Source: an uncultured Candidatus Actinomarina sp.
Lineage (GTDB): Bacteria; Actinomycetota; Acidimicrobiia; Actinomarinales; Actinomarinaceae
Direction: 5' to 3'
Length of the DNA: 64,000 bases
Assembly (NCBI GenBank): GCA_902510995.1
Contig: CABXDL010000003.1
Location: forward strand, 22-64,021
Under the pieces are notes generated by a model. It ran no database searches. It was not told the DNA's origin and saw nothing but the letters and a program-made list of their open reading frames with translations. This document shows positions 25,877 to 34,850 of the stretch, piece by piece (the first letter of the stretch is position 1; each line of letters starts with the position of its first letter). A program made the position numbers and the translations under genes.

Positions 25877-26128
25877 TTATTTTTGATAACTTTTTATTTT
25901 CTCTAATAGCTCTACATCAGTAGGCTCTACTAAATAGGTACCATCTTCAAATATAATTGTTGGTATCCTTGGTTTTCTATTTTGTAACTCACTAACCTTC
26001 TTATAAGCCTCTTTATCAAAATCAATATCAATCTCTTCATAAGAAATGTTCATTTTCTCTAATAATTTCTTAGATCTTACACAGTCTCCGCACCATGCAG
26101 TACTGTAAAACATGATATTATTCATCAA
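25877..26128 (-). CDS. Glutaredoxin-like protein (mycoredoxin-like, CGDC active site)
   Basis: 83 aa. FYSTAWCGDCVRSKKLL...IPTIIFEDGTYLVEP resembles actinobacterial mycoredoxin (WCGYC...VPTV.F.DG). Confidence 0.75.
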   Translation of the reverse strand: MMNNIMFYSTAWCGDCVRSKKLLEKMNISYEEIDIDFDKEAYKKVSELQNRKPRIPTIIFEDGTYLVEPTDVELLEKIKSYQK

Positions 26129-26161
26129 TATCCTTCTTACCCTATATAGCTTTTTGCATGG

Positions 26162-26473
26162 TTAGCTAATAGCTTGAATCTTTTCTTTTATAACTTCTTT
26201 TGGCTGAACCCCTACAAATCTTTCTTTAATTTCTCCATCTTTGAGAATTACTACAGTTGGAACACCCATTACTTGGTTAGCACCAGATATTTCTGGGAAC
26301 TGGTCTACATCTAATTTTACAAATTCTACATTTTCCATTTCATCCTGAAGTTCTTCAAGTATTGGACTTAATATTTTGCAAGGCCCACACCATGTAGCAT
26401 GAAAGTCTATAACGACAGTATTTGTAGAATCTTTAAGTTGTTCATATTCTTCTGCATTTATGTCTTTAACCAT
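26162..26473 (-). CDS. trxA: Thioredoxin
   Basis: 103 aa with the WCGPC active site and GVPTV. Confidence 0.93.
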   Translation of the reverse strand: MVKDINAEEYEQLKDSTNTVVIDFHATWCGPCKILSPILEELQDEMENVEFVKLDVDQFPEISGANQVMGVPTVVILKDGEIKERFVGVQPKEVIKEKIQAIS

Positions 26474-26560
26474 CTTTATTTTCTCCTTGAATCAATAAAT
26501 TGAGTATATAAATAAATCGTTTATATAAGAGATGCATAAATAAATTATTTTGCTTTTTAT

Positions 26561-26995
26561 CTATTTATAGTCTCTAATTTCTTTAGATACTCTCCTTTCA
26601 TCAATCTTCTTTCTTTTATCGTAATCTTTTTTTCCTTTTGCTAAAGCAACTTCTACTTTAATGAATCCATTTTTTTCAAATACCTTTGTTGCAATTAAAG
26701 TATTTCCTTTTGTCGAAGTTAGTCCGATTAATCTCTTGATTTCTTTTTTGTGTAATAACATTTTTCTTGGAGCCTTTGGGTCGTAATCAATTAAATCAGC
26801 ATATTTATATGCTTCAATATTCATTTCACGAAGTATTGCTTCCTCATTCTCAATACTTGCAAAAGCATCGATAATTGAAACTCCACCATTGCGTATGCTT
26901 TTTGTTTCTGCTCCTGTTAAGACTATCCCAGCTTCAAAGTATTCGAGAAACTCATAAGAGTTCTTTGCCTTTGTGTTTTGTGCAAAAACTTTCAT
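26561..26995 (-). CDS. smpB: SsrA-binding protein
   Basis: 144 aa. NSYEFLEYFEAGIVLTGAETKSIR and a basic C-terminal tail are present. Confidence 0.93.
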   Translation of the reverse strand: MKVFAQNTKAKNSYEFLEYFEAGIVLTGAETKSIRNGGVSIIDAFASIENEEAILREMNIEAYKYADLIDYDPKAPRKMLLHKKEIKRLIGLTSTKGNTLIATKVFEKNGFIKVEVALAKGKKDYDKRKKIDERRVSKEIRDYK

Positions 26996-26998
26996 AAC

Positions 26999-28372
26999 TC
27001 AATCAAGAAAACAATATGGGTTCATTCTACCTCTTGATGTTGGATCAAGGTATGGAAGACTACATCCTACAGAGCTAGGGTTTTTTAATCTTACTTCAAA
27101 ATGAAGGTGAGGGCCTGTCGTTCTACCAGTTGTGCCTACACTTCCAATGGTATCTCCTGTAACTACAGTTTGACCTACTGAAACATAAATTGTATTCATA
27201 TGGAAATAAAGTGTTGTCATACCGCCACCATGATCTATAAACACTGTTCTTCCTGCTGCACCGTAATACCTAGCTACAATTACAACTCCTCCTGCTGCTG
27301 CTTTAATAGGAGTTCCTGTGCTAGATGGTATATCTATTGCACCATGAAAGCTTGTAGTCCCTCCGAGTCTTCTCCATTTATATCCACTAGAAACATAACT
27401 ACCTGTAATTGGCCAGGAAAGTTTTCCTGGAGCAACTCCACCAACAGACATCAATCTGTCAATATCAGCTTGAATTGCATCTTCAAGCTTTTCTAAATCA
27501 GCGTGTTCTTTATCTAATTTTTCTAATTGTTTATTTGCTTGGTTCAATAAGTTCTGTGCATTTCTCCTCTCGGCTAATACTTTTGCTTTTTTATTTTCAA
27601 CTTGTTGTTTTTCAGATTCAACTATATTTTTTTTAGTTTCTACATCATCTGCAAATTCTTCAGCTTCAATAGAAATTTGATTTTTTTTCTCTTCTTCTTC
27701 TTGTAAGTTTGTAATTGATGTCTCTCGTTCTACTTCACGTACTGTTAAAAATTCTGTTTGCGTTTCGGCAAGTCTCTCAAAAGCATTTAACTGTTCAACG
27801 ATTTCATAAGCAGAGTCAACAATAGAGGAAGCATATCCTAATGCTGCCAAAAAATCAGATAGCTCGTTTAAGTCTATGAAAAGTGCTGTTGTTGGGCTCA
27901 TTACTCCATTAATGTACAATTCTATAGCTTGTTCTTGTAGGTCCTCTTTTGCGATATTTAAGCTTTTTTGTGTTTCAAATAACTCTTCTTTAACATCTGT
28001 AATTTCATTTTTTATTTTTCCTAGTTTTGTTTGTTCTTGAATAATATTTTGCTGAACTGCTGCTAAATTCTCTAATGATTGATCATATCCAGCTAAAGCT
28101 TCTTCTAAGGCATCTTCTGCTTGAACTAATCTTGCTTGTACTTGATTTAATTCATTATTTACCTGATTAAGGGCAGTGTCATTAGCTAAAATATCTTTTT
28201 CTAAATTAGTTTTTTCTCCTTGATATTGTTTTATTTGATTAGCTACAGCTTGTAACTGCTTTTCAACCTCTATTAACCTTTCCTCTGCTGTATTAGCATT
28301 TAAATCATCAACTAAAACTATTTGGCTTAATAAGGAAAAAAAAAGTATTGGAATGATTATTCTTCTATTCAT
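26999..28372 (-). CDS. Secreted coiled-coil protein with C-terminal M23 (LytM-type) peptidase domain, probable FtsEX partner
   Basis: 457 aa. A signal/anchor MNRRIIIPILFFSLLSQIVLV is followed by about 300 aa of heptad-rich Q/E/L/N sequence. The M23 motifs are intact: HGAIDIP (HxxxD) and GPHLHFEV (HxH). It overlaps ftsX by 8 nt. Confidence 0.85.
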   Translation of the reverse strand: MNRRIIIPILFFSLLSQIVLVDDLNANTAEERLIEVEKQLQAVANQIKQYQGEKTNLEKDILANDTALNQVNNELNQVQARLVQAEDALEEALAGYDQSLENLAAVQQNIIQEQTKLGKIKNEITDVKEELFETQKSLNIAKEDLQEQAIELYINGVMSPTTALFIDLNELSDFLAALGYASSIVDSAYEIVEQLNAFERLAETQTEFLTVREVERETSITNLQEEEEKKNQISIEAEEFADDVETKKNIVESEKQQVENKKAKVLAERRNAQNLLNQANKQLEKLDKEHADLEKLEDAIQADIDRLMSVGGVAPGKLSWPITGSYVSSGYKWRRLGGTTSFHGAIDIPSSTGTPIKAAAGGVVIVARYYGAAGRTVFIDHGGGMTTLYFHMNTIYVSVGQTVVTGDTIGSVGTTGRTTGPHLHFEVRLKNPSSVGCSLPYLDPTSRGRMNPYCFLD

Positions 28373-29240
28373 TTAAAGCTTTCCTTATTCCAATAAAACT
28401 AGCAAATAAACCAAATAAAACAGAACATAAAATTAAACCCAAAGTTAAATTAATTAAATAGGTATCAGAAATCGTTATATCAAATATACTCTCAGAAATT
28501 ACTGAACCTTTAGAATATTGAATGACACCCCAGCCAAAACCAATAGCTATACACGTACCTACCAATGATTCAAATATAGCTTCAAAAATAAAAGGCAGTC
28601 TTATATAGGTTGACGAAGCTCCTAAAGTTTTCATAATTTTTATTTCTCTTCTTTTTGCATATGCTGTAAGTCTTAGTGTGTTGATTATCAATATAAAAGC
28701 TGCAAAGGCTATTAAAACTGCGAAAACTGAAGCGGAAATTACTAAGGTATTTGTTAAACTGAGTAGTCTGTCAATAGCTTCACCAGATGCTCTTATTTCT
28801 TTAACAGCTGGGTTTCCTTCCATTCGTTCAATAATTAATTGATAATCAGATGGATCATTTAAATTAACTCTTAGTGAAGATGGCAAAATTTCAAAATCTA
28901 CTTCTTGAACTAATTCTGGTTGATCCTTAAACAAAAATTTGAACTCTTCTGTTGCCTCAGATTTGCTAAAATAATCAACCATCCTAACTTCTGGATATGA
29001 TTCTAAAGAATCTTGTAATTGTTTGTGGGCTGTTGTTGTTACTCTGTCATCAAGAAATATGACAACGTGAACTCCATTTTGCCATCTTGAAGTATTATTC
29101 TCTACAACTGCCCTTCCTGATAAAGTAGTAAATACTAAAAAACTTGAAACCAAAACTGCAAGCATTGTAGCAATTACAAGCAGTGGATTTCTTCTCATAT
29201 TTATAAAAGTATTTTTTACTACATAAGAGAGTTTGTTCAT
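28365..29240 (-). CDS. ftsX: Cell-division ABC transporter permease FtsX
   Basis: 291 aa with the 4-TM FtsX layout and a large first extracytoplasmic loop. It follows ftsE. Confidence 0.88.
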   Translation of the reverse strand: MNKLSYVVKNTFINMRRNPLLVIATMLAVLVSSFLVFTTLSGRAVVENNTSRWQNGVHVVIFLDDRVTTTAHKQLQDSLESYPEVRMVDYFSKSEATEEFKFLFKDQPELVQEVDFEILPSSLRVNLNDPSDYQLIIERMEGNPAVKEIRASGEAIDRLLSLTNTLVISASVFAVLIAFAAFILIINTLRLTAYAKRREIKIMKTLGASSTYIRLPFIFEAIFESLVGTCIAIGFGWGVIQYSKGSVISESIFDITISDTYLINLTLGLILCSVLFGLFASFIGIRKALNE

Positions 29241-29249
29241 GAATACATC

Positions 29250-29927
29250 CTAAATATACCTACCTTCAGCTGCATCGCTCATAAGCTTTCCATCTTTAAG
29301 CTGCAAAACTCTCTTTTTTCTTCTATTAACAATAGATGAATCATGTGTAGCCATTATCACTGTTGTTCCTGCCCTATTAATTTTTTCAAGCAAAGTTGTA
29401 ATCTGAATACTCAAATCAGGATCTAAGTTTCCAGTCGGCTCATCACAAAGTAATAATAAGGGGTTACTTGCTAATGCTCTAGCTATGCTTACCCTTGTCT
29501 GTTCACCACCAGATAATTGATATGGGAATTTATAAACACTCTCATGAAGCTCAACAAGATCTATCAAAGTGCTTGTTTTTTGTTCTATTTCTTTAGAATC
29601 ATAACCAAGAATTTCCAATGCAAAACTTATATTTTCAAAAGTTGTCCTATCTTCTAATAATTGCGGTTCTTGTGTCACAATTCCAAGTTTTCTTCTTAAA
29701 ACTGGTATTTTCCATTTAGGTAAAGACGTTATATCCATATCAACAACTTCAATACTGCCCTTTGTTGCAAAATATTCTTTATATAACAACTTAAGAAAAG
29801 ATGATTTTCCACTTCCAGATGGGCCTATTAAGTATACGAATTCACCTTCCGAAATTGAAGTAGAAACATTTGATAACGCAACACTTCCTCCTTGGAAAAC
29901 CAATGAAACATTTTCTAATTTAATCAT
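29250..29927 (-). CDS. ftsE: Cell-division ABC transporter ATPase FtsE
   Basis: 225 aa. Walker A GPSGSGKSS, signature LSGGEQTRV and Walker B LLLCDEPTG are present. Confidence 0.92.
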   Translation of the reverse strand: MIKLENVSLVFQGGSVALSNVSTSISEGEFVYLIGPSGSGKSSFLKLLYKEYFATKGSIEVVDMDITSLPKWKIPVLRRKLGIVTQEPQLLEDRTTFENISFALEILGYDSKEIEQKTSTLIDLVELHESVYKFPYQLSGGEQTRVSIARALASNPLLLLCDEPTGNLDPDLSIQITTLLEKINRAGTTVIMATHDSSIVNRRKKRVLQLKDGKLMSDAAEGRYI

Positions 29928-31024
29928 TTAATCCCTGTCTTCGCCATTTTAGATACTCTTTTACAAAAATGAAAATATCTCCATCTAATACAGATTGGAT
30001 ATTACCTACTTCAATATTAGTTCTAGTATCTTTTACTTGTTGATATGGTTGCATAACATAGGAACGAATTTGCCTCCCCCAGCCAGCTTCTACCTGTTCT
30101 CCCCTAATTGCATCTAATTTTTTTAACTGTTTTTCTCTTTCTAGTAAAGCAATCTTTGACTTTAGTAAATCTAATGCTCTAATTTTATTTTGTAATTGAG
30201 ATCTTTCAGCTTGACAGGCAACAACTATTCCCGTTGGAAGGTGTGTTATTCTAACTGCAGAATCTGTTGTATTAACATGTTGCCCTCCAGCACCTGATGA
30301 TCTGTAAACATCAACTCTTATTTCATCATCTTTAATAACTGTTTCATCAGAGTCTTCAATCAAAGGAACCACATCTATTCCTGCAAAACTAGTATGTCTT
30401 CTTTTATTACTATCAAAAGGACTAATTCTAACTAGTCTATGAACTCCTCTTTCACTTTCTAGTATCCCGTAAGCACGATAGGATTTAACTCTTATTGAAA
30501 CTGATTTGATACCAGCTTCTTCACCACTAGAAATTTCTTCAATTTCATATTCCATTTTTTCACTATCTAAAAACCTTGTATACATTCGAAATAATATTTC
30601 CGCCCAATCATGAGCATCTACACCGCCAGCTCCTGCATTTATATTTAAAACAGCACTCAAGTCATCATACTCACCGTTAAATAAAGATTCCTCTTCTAAA
30701 ACTTCGAGCTTTTCTTCATAATCTTTTATCTGAGTTTTTACTTGCTCTAATTCAGAAACTTCATCTTTGCTTAATTCAATTAGTTCATATAAATCATTTA
30801 ATTCATTCTCAAGATTATTTAATAAAGTTATGATTTTTTCTATTGAGGAGGCTTCTTTAGTAATAGTTTTTGCATCATTATTATTAGACCAAAAATCTTT
30901 ATCAGAAATTAAAGAATTAAGTTCATCTAATTTTTTTATCTTAGAATCAAAGTCAAAGATACTCCTTAGCAGAAGCAAGCCTCTCAGCTAACCCTTCTAG
31001 TCGAGTTAATAATTCTTTATACAT
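29920..31024 (-). CDS. prfB: Peptide chain release factor 2, expressed via programmed +1 frameshift (frame 0: 31024..30956; frame +1: 30954..29920)
   Basis: ATG 31024 opens MYKELLTRLEGLAERLASAKEYL, which ends at CTT TGA C (TGA 30953..30955). The +1 frame continues DFDSKIKKLDEL... The SPF (RISPFDS) and GGQ (SGAGGQHVN) motifs are present. Confidence 0.92.
30952..30967 (-). promoter_or_regulatory. prfB +1 frameshift cassette: internal SD AAGGAG, TAT spacer, slippery CTT, UGA, C
   Basis: AAGGAG TAT CTT TGA C has the same spacing as the E. coli AGGGGG TAT CTT TGA C. Confidence 0.9.
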
Positions 31025-31027
31025 AAT

Positions 31028-33601
31028 TTATCCATGACACTTTTTGTATTTTAATCCAGACCCGCAATGACATGGGTCATTTCTTCGAATCTTTTGATTA
31101 TTGCTTTGTTTTTCAATGTTTTTTGGCTTTGAAGGTTTATCTTTTTTAATAGCAGAAGAATCAAAATTAAGTAAAAGCCTTATTACAGATAATTTAACAT
31201 TGTAAATTAGCTCTTCAAATAAATCGTATCCTTCTTTTTGATATTCAACTAAAGGGTCTCTTTGACCCATAGCTCTTAATCCTATGCCAGATCTTAAATA
31301 ATCCATTTCTGATAAATGATTTTTCCAGAATTGATCAATAAAAGAAAGCGAAGCTAATCTTCCTACATTCCAAAAATCTATATGATTTGAATCACTATTT
31401 TCTTCAAATATTTTATTTATTGAATCAGAAATTTCTAATTCTTCATTTATTGTGTTCTGATCCAAAAGTTTTGATTTATTATTTTCATTTAATACTGTAT
31501 TTAGTTCTTCATTAACTAAGCTTTCGTAATGGTCTAAATTTTCATAGTTTCTTTTATGAATCTCTAAATTATCTTGTAAGCTATGATTTATATCTTCTAA
31601 CCATTCATAAATTAGATCAGATATATCGTCTGACTTTAACAATCTTCTTCTCCATTTATAAATTACTTCTCTTTGTTGATTAAGTACTTGGTCAAATTTA
31701 AGTACGTTTTTTCTAATTTCAAAATTTAATGATTCTACCTGTGCTTGTGCCCTCTCTATGCTTTTTGTAACCATACTTTGTTCTATTCTCTCATCATCAG
31801 GTAGTTTCAACTTATCCATTATTGATTGTATTCTTTCACCTTGAAATCTTCTCATTAAATCATCTTCTAGACTAATAAAGAACCTTGACTCTCCCGGATC
31901 ACCCTGTCTTCCTGACCTACCTCTTAACTGGTTGTCAATTCTTCTTGATTCATGTCTTTCAGTGCCTATTACGTAAAGACCACCGAGATTTAAAACTTCT
32001 TTTTTTTCTTCTGATGTAATTTGTTCATTTACTTTAATTTGTTGGCTTATGTAATCAGCGTCATCTAATTTATTTTCATTTTTTGCTGAGAGTAAGGCCA
32101 TGTGCTCACTATTACCACCTAATTTAATATCTACTCCTCTACCAGCCATATTCGTCGCTACTGTGACAGCTTTCAACCTCCCGGCTTGAGCTATAATTGA
32201 AGCCTCATCTTCGTGGTTTTTTGCATTTAATACTGAATGTTTTATTCCATTATTTGTTAAAGATTTAGAAATTTCTTCAGAAGATTCAACTGAAACAGTA
32301 CCAACTAGAATAGGCTGACCTTTGTTGTTTCTGTCTTTAATATCTTCAATAGCAGCATCCGTTTTTGCATTATTAGTTTTATATACTGCGTCTTGGTTGT
32401 CAATACGAGCAATTGGTAAATTTGTTGGAATCTCTACTACTTCGAGATTATATATTTGTATTAACTCTTCTTCCTCTGTTTTTGCTGTTCCTGTCATTCC
32501 TGAAAGATTTTTGTACATTCTAAAATAATTTTGATAAGTAATTGATGCTAATGTTTGATTTTCATCTTGAATTCTTACATTCTCTTTTGCTTCAATTGCC
32601 TGATGTAATCCATCCGAATAACGTCTTCCTTCTAAGATTCTTCCAGTAAACTCATCAACAATCTTTATCTGCCCTTCGGAGACAATATAGTCTACATCTT
32701 TTAAATAAACAGCATTAGCTCTTAAAGAAGCTGTTAAGTAATGTATGAAATTTGTTTCTGTATTTTCATACATATTTGCAATTCCTAATCTTGATTCAAC
32801 AAATTCGATGCCTTCTTCTGTAGGATGAATTTGTTTTTTTGATTCGTCAATTTCATAATGAATATCTTGTTTCATTGACTTAACAATTTTAGAAAATTGT
32901 TGATACCATTTTGTTGACTCTTCTACTACTCCAGAAATAATTAGTGGCGTTCGAGCTTCATCAACCAAAATTGAATCTACTTCATCAACAACAGCATAAA
33001 ATAAATCACCTTGGGTTAGTTGTTCTTTATTTTGAGCCATATTATCTCTTAAATAATCAAAACCAAACTCATTATTAGTACCGTAAGTTATATCTTTTTT
33101 ATAAGCTTCTATTTTTTGTTGATATTCTTGATTTGAATAAATTAATCCTACATCTAAGCCAAGGAAGTTATAAATTGGTTCCATCCATTCAGCATCCCTT
33201 TTAGCAAGATAATCATTAACAGTTACAACATGAACTCCTTTCTCAAATAACGCCATTAAAGAAATTGGCAAAGTCGAAACTAAAGTTTTACCTTCTCCTG
33301 TTTTCATTTCAGCAATCTTATTTCTAAGCAAAACTAATCCCCCAAAGAGCTGGACATCATAATGCCTTTCATTAATTGTTCTTTTTGCAGCTTCCCTGAC
33401 TAGAGCAAAAGCATCTACTTCAATATCATGTTTATCAATTTTGTCTATATCAGTTTTAAGCTTTTGAAATGACTCTTTTATTTCAACATCGCTGAATTTA
33501 GTAATCTCTTCTTCTTTTGAATTTATTGAATCAATTTTTGCATTAAGCTCAGTTGCAAGTTTTCCGCTTCCAATTGTTAGAGCTTTTTTAAATATATTCA
33601 A
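31028..33601 (-). CDS. secA: Preprotein translocase ATPase SecA
   Basis: 857 aa. Walker A MKTGEGKTLV, the DEAD-like VDEVDSILVDEARTPLIISG and the C-terminal zinc-binding CHCGSGLKYKKCHG are present. Confidence 0.96.
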   Translation of the reverse strand: MNIFKKALTIGSGKLATELNAKIDSINSKEEEITKFSDVEIKESFQKLKTDIDKIDKHDIEVDAFALVREAAKRTINERHYDVQLFGGLVLLRNKIAEMKTGEGKTLVSTLPISLMALFEKGVHVVTVNDYLAKRDAEWMEPIYNFLGLDVGLIYSNQEYQQKIEAYKKDITYGTNNEFGFDYLRDNMAQNKEQLTQGDLFYAVVDEVDSILVDEARTPLIISGVVEESTKWYQQFSKIVKSMKQDIHYEIDESKKQIHPTEEGIEFVESRLGIANMYENTETNFIHYLTASLRANAVYLKDVDYIVSEGQIKIVDEFTGRILEGRRYSDGLHQAIEAKENVRIQDENQTLASITYQNYFRMYKNLSGMTGTAKTEEEELIQIYNLEVVEIPTNLPIARIDNQDAVYKTNNAKTDAAIEDIKDRNNKGQPILVGTVSVESSEEISKSLTNNGIKHSVLNAKNHEDEASIIAQAGRLKAVTVATNMAGRGVDIKLGGNSEHMALLSAKNENKLDDADYISQQIKVNEQITSEEKKEVLNLGGLYVIGTERHESRRIDNQLRGRSGRQGDPGESRFFISLEDDLMRRFQGERIQSIMDKLKLPDDERIEQSMVTKSIERAQAQVESLNFEIRKNVLKFDQVLNQQREVIYKWRRRLLKSDDISDLIYEWLEDINHSLQDNLEIHKRNYENLDHYESLVNEELNTVLNENNKSKLLDQNTINEELEISDSINKIFEENSDSNHIDFWNVGRLASLSFIDQFWKNHLSEMDYLRSGIGLRAMGQRDPLVEYQKEGYDLFEELIYNVKLSVIRLLLNFDSSAIKKDKPSKPKNIEKQSNNQKIRRNDPCHCGSGLKYKKCHG

Positions 33602-33604
33602 ATT

Positions 33605-34849
33605 TCAGCTTGTACCATGCTCCCAAGAATCTAGATATTTAATTTGATCATCAGATAATATCTCTAATTCGCCACCCATTAAGCTTAATTTTGTAGCAGC
33701 TATTTTAATATCTACTTCCTTAGGTAATGTGTATACCTTTGATTCTAATTTCTCATGATTGTCTTTTATCCATTCTGATGCTAAAGCCTGATTTGCAAAT
33801 GACATATCCATTACTGAAGCTGGATGCCCACTTGCTGCCGCAAGATTAACTAACCTTCCTTCAGCTAGAACTAATATTTCTTTACCTTTGTATTTATAGC
33901 TCTCTACATGTTCTCTTACTCTCTCAATCTCTGTGCTTTCATTCTTAAGAGCTTCCAAATTTATTTCTACATCAAAATGTCCTGCATTTGCTAATGCAAC
34001 GCCATCTTTCATAACATCAAAGTGTTCTGTATCTAAAGCATGTAAATTTCCTGTTACGGAAATAATTACATCTGCGATTTTTGCAGCATTTATAGAAGTT
34101 TTTACTTCATAGCCGTGCATTAGTGCTTCTAAAGCTCTTACTGAATTTGGCTCAACAACTGTAACTTTTGCTCCCATTCCATAAGCCCTTTCTGCTACTC
34201 CTTTTCCACAATCACCAAAACCAATAACTACAACATTTAAACCTGCTATTAATAAATCTGTAGCTCTAACTACTCCATCCATTGCGCTCTGTCCTGTTCC
34301 AAACCTATTATCAAACAAATGTTTAGTATCTGAATCATTAACAGCTACCACTGGAAATCTTAATTTATTATTTTTTTCCATTGACTTAAGTCTTATTACT
34401 CCTGTTGTTGTTTCTTCCATTGAGCCCATTATCGGTAAATCTACCCTCTCAGTGTGTAATAGCGAAACAAGATCAGCACCATCGTCCATTGTTATATCAG
34501 GGTTAGTATCTAAAACAGAATTAAGATGTATAAAGAAGTCTTCATTTGAAACACCCCATACAGCATGCACTTCAATGTCATTCTCTGCAAGATACGCAGC
34601 AACGGAATCTTTTGTAGATAAAGGATTGGATGCACATAAAGCTACCTTGGCTCCTCCTTCTTTTAAAGTAAGCATTAAGTTTGCAGTTTCTTTAGTTACA
34701 TGCATGCACGCACCAATATTTAAGCCCTCTAAAGGTTTGTTCTTGGAAAAATCATTTTTGATTTCTTCTAAAACAAGCATTTGCCTAGCAGCCCAAGCAA
34801 CTTCTTCATTTCCTAATTCAGCTAATTTTGCATCTTTTATTGTTGACAA
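33605..34849 (-). CDS. ahcY: Adenosylhomocysteinase (short form, 414 aa)
   Basis: The NAD motif VIGFGDCGKGVA and the conserved N-domain (GACMHVTKETANL) are present. Confidence 0.9.
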   Translation of the reverse strand: MSTIKDAKLAELGNEEVAWAARQMLVLEEIKNDFSKNKPLEGLNIGACMHVTKETANLMLTLKEGGAKVALCASNPLSTKDSVAAYLAENDIEVHAVWGVSNEDFFIHLNSVLDTNPDITMDDGADLVSLLHTERVDLPIMGSMEETTTGVIRLKSMEKNNKLRFPVVAVNDSDTKHLFDNRFGTGQSAMDGVVRATDLLIAGLNVVVIGFGDCGKGVAERAYGMGAKVTVVEPNSVRALEALMHGYEVKTSINAAKIADVIISVTGNLHALDTEHFDVMKDGVALANAGHFDVEINLEALKNESTEIERVREHVESYKYKGKEILVLAEGRLVNLAAASGHPASVMDMSFANQALASEWIKDNHEKLESKVYTLPKEVDIKIAATKLSLMGGELEILSDDQIKYLDSWEHGTS

Positions 34850-34850
34850 T

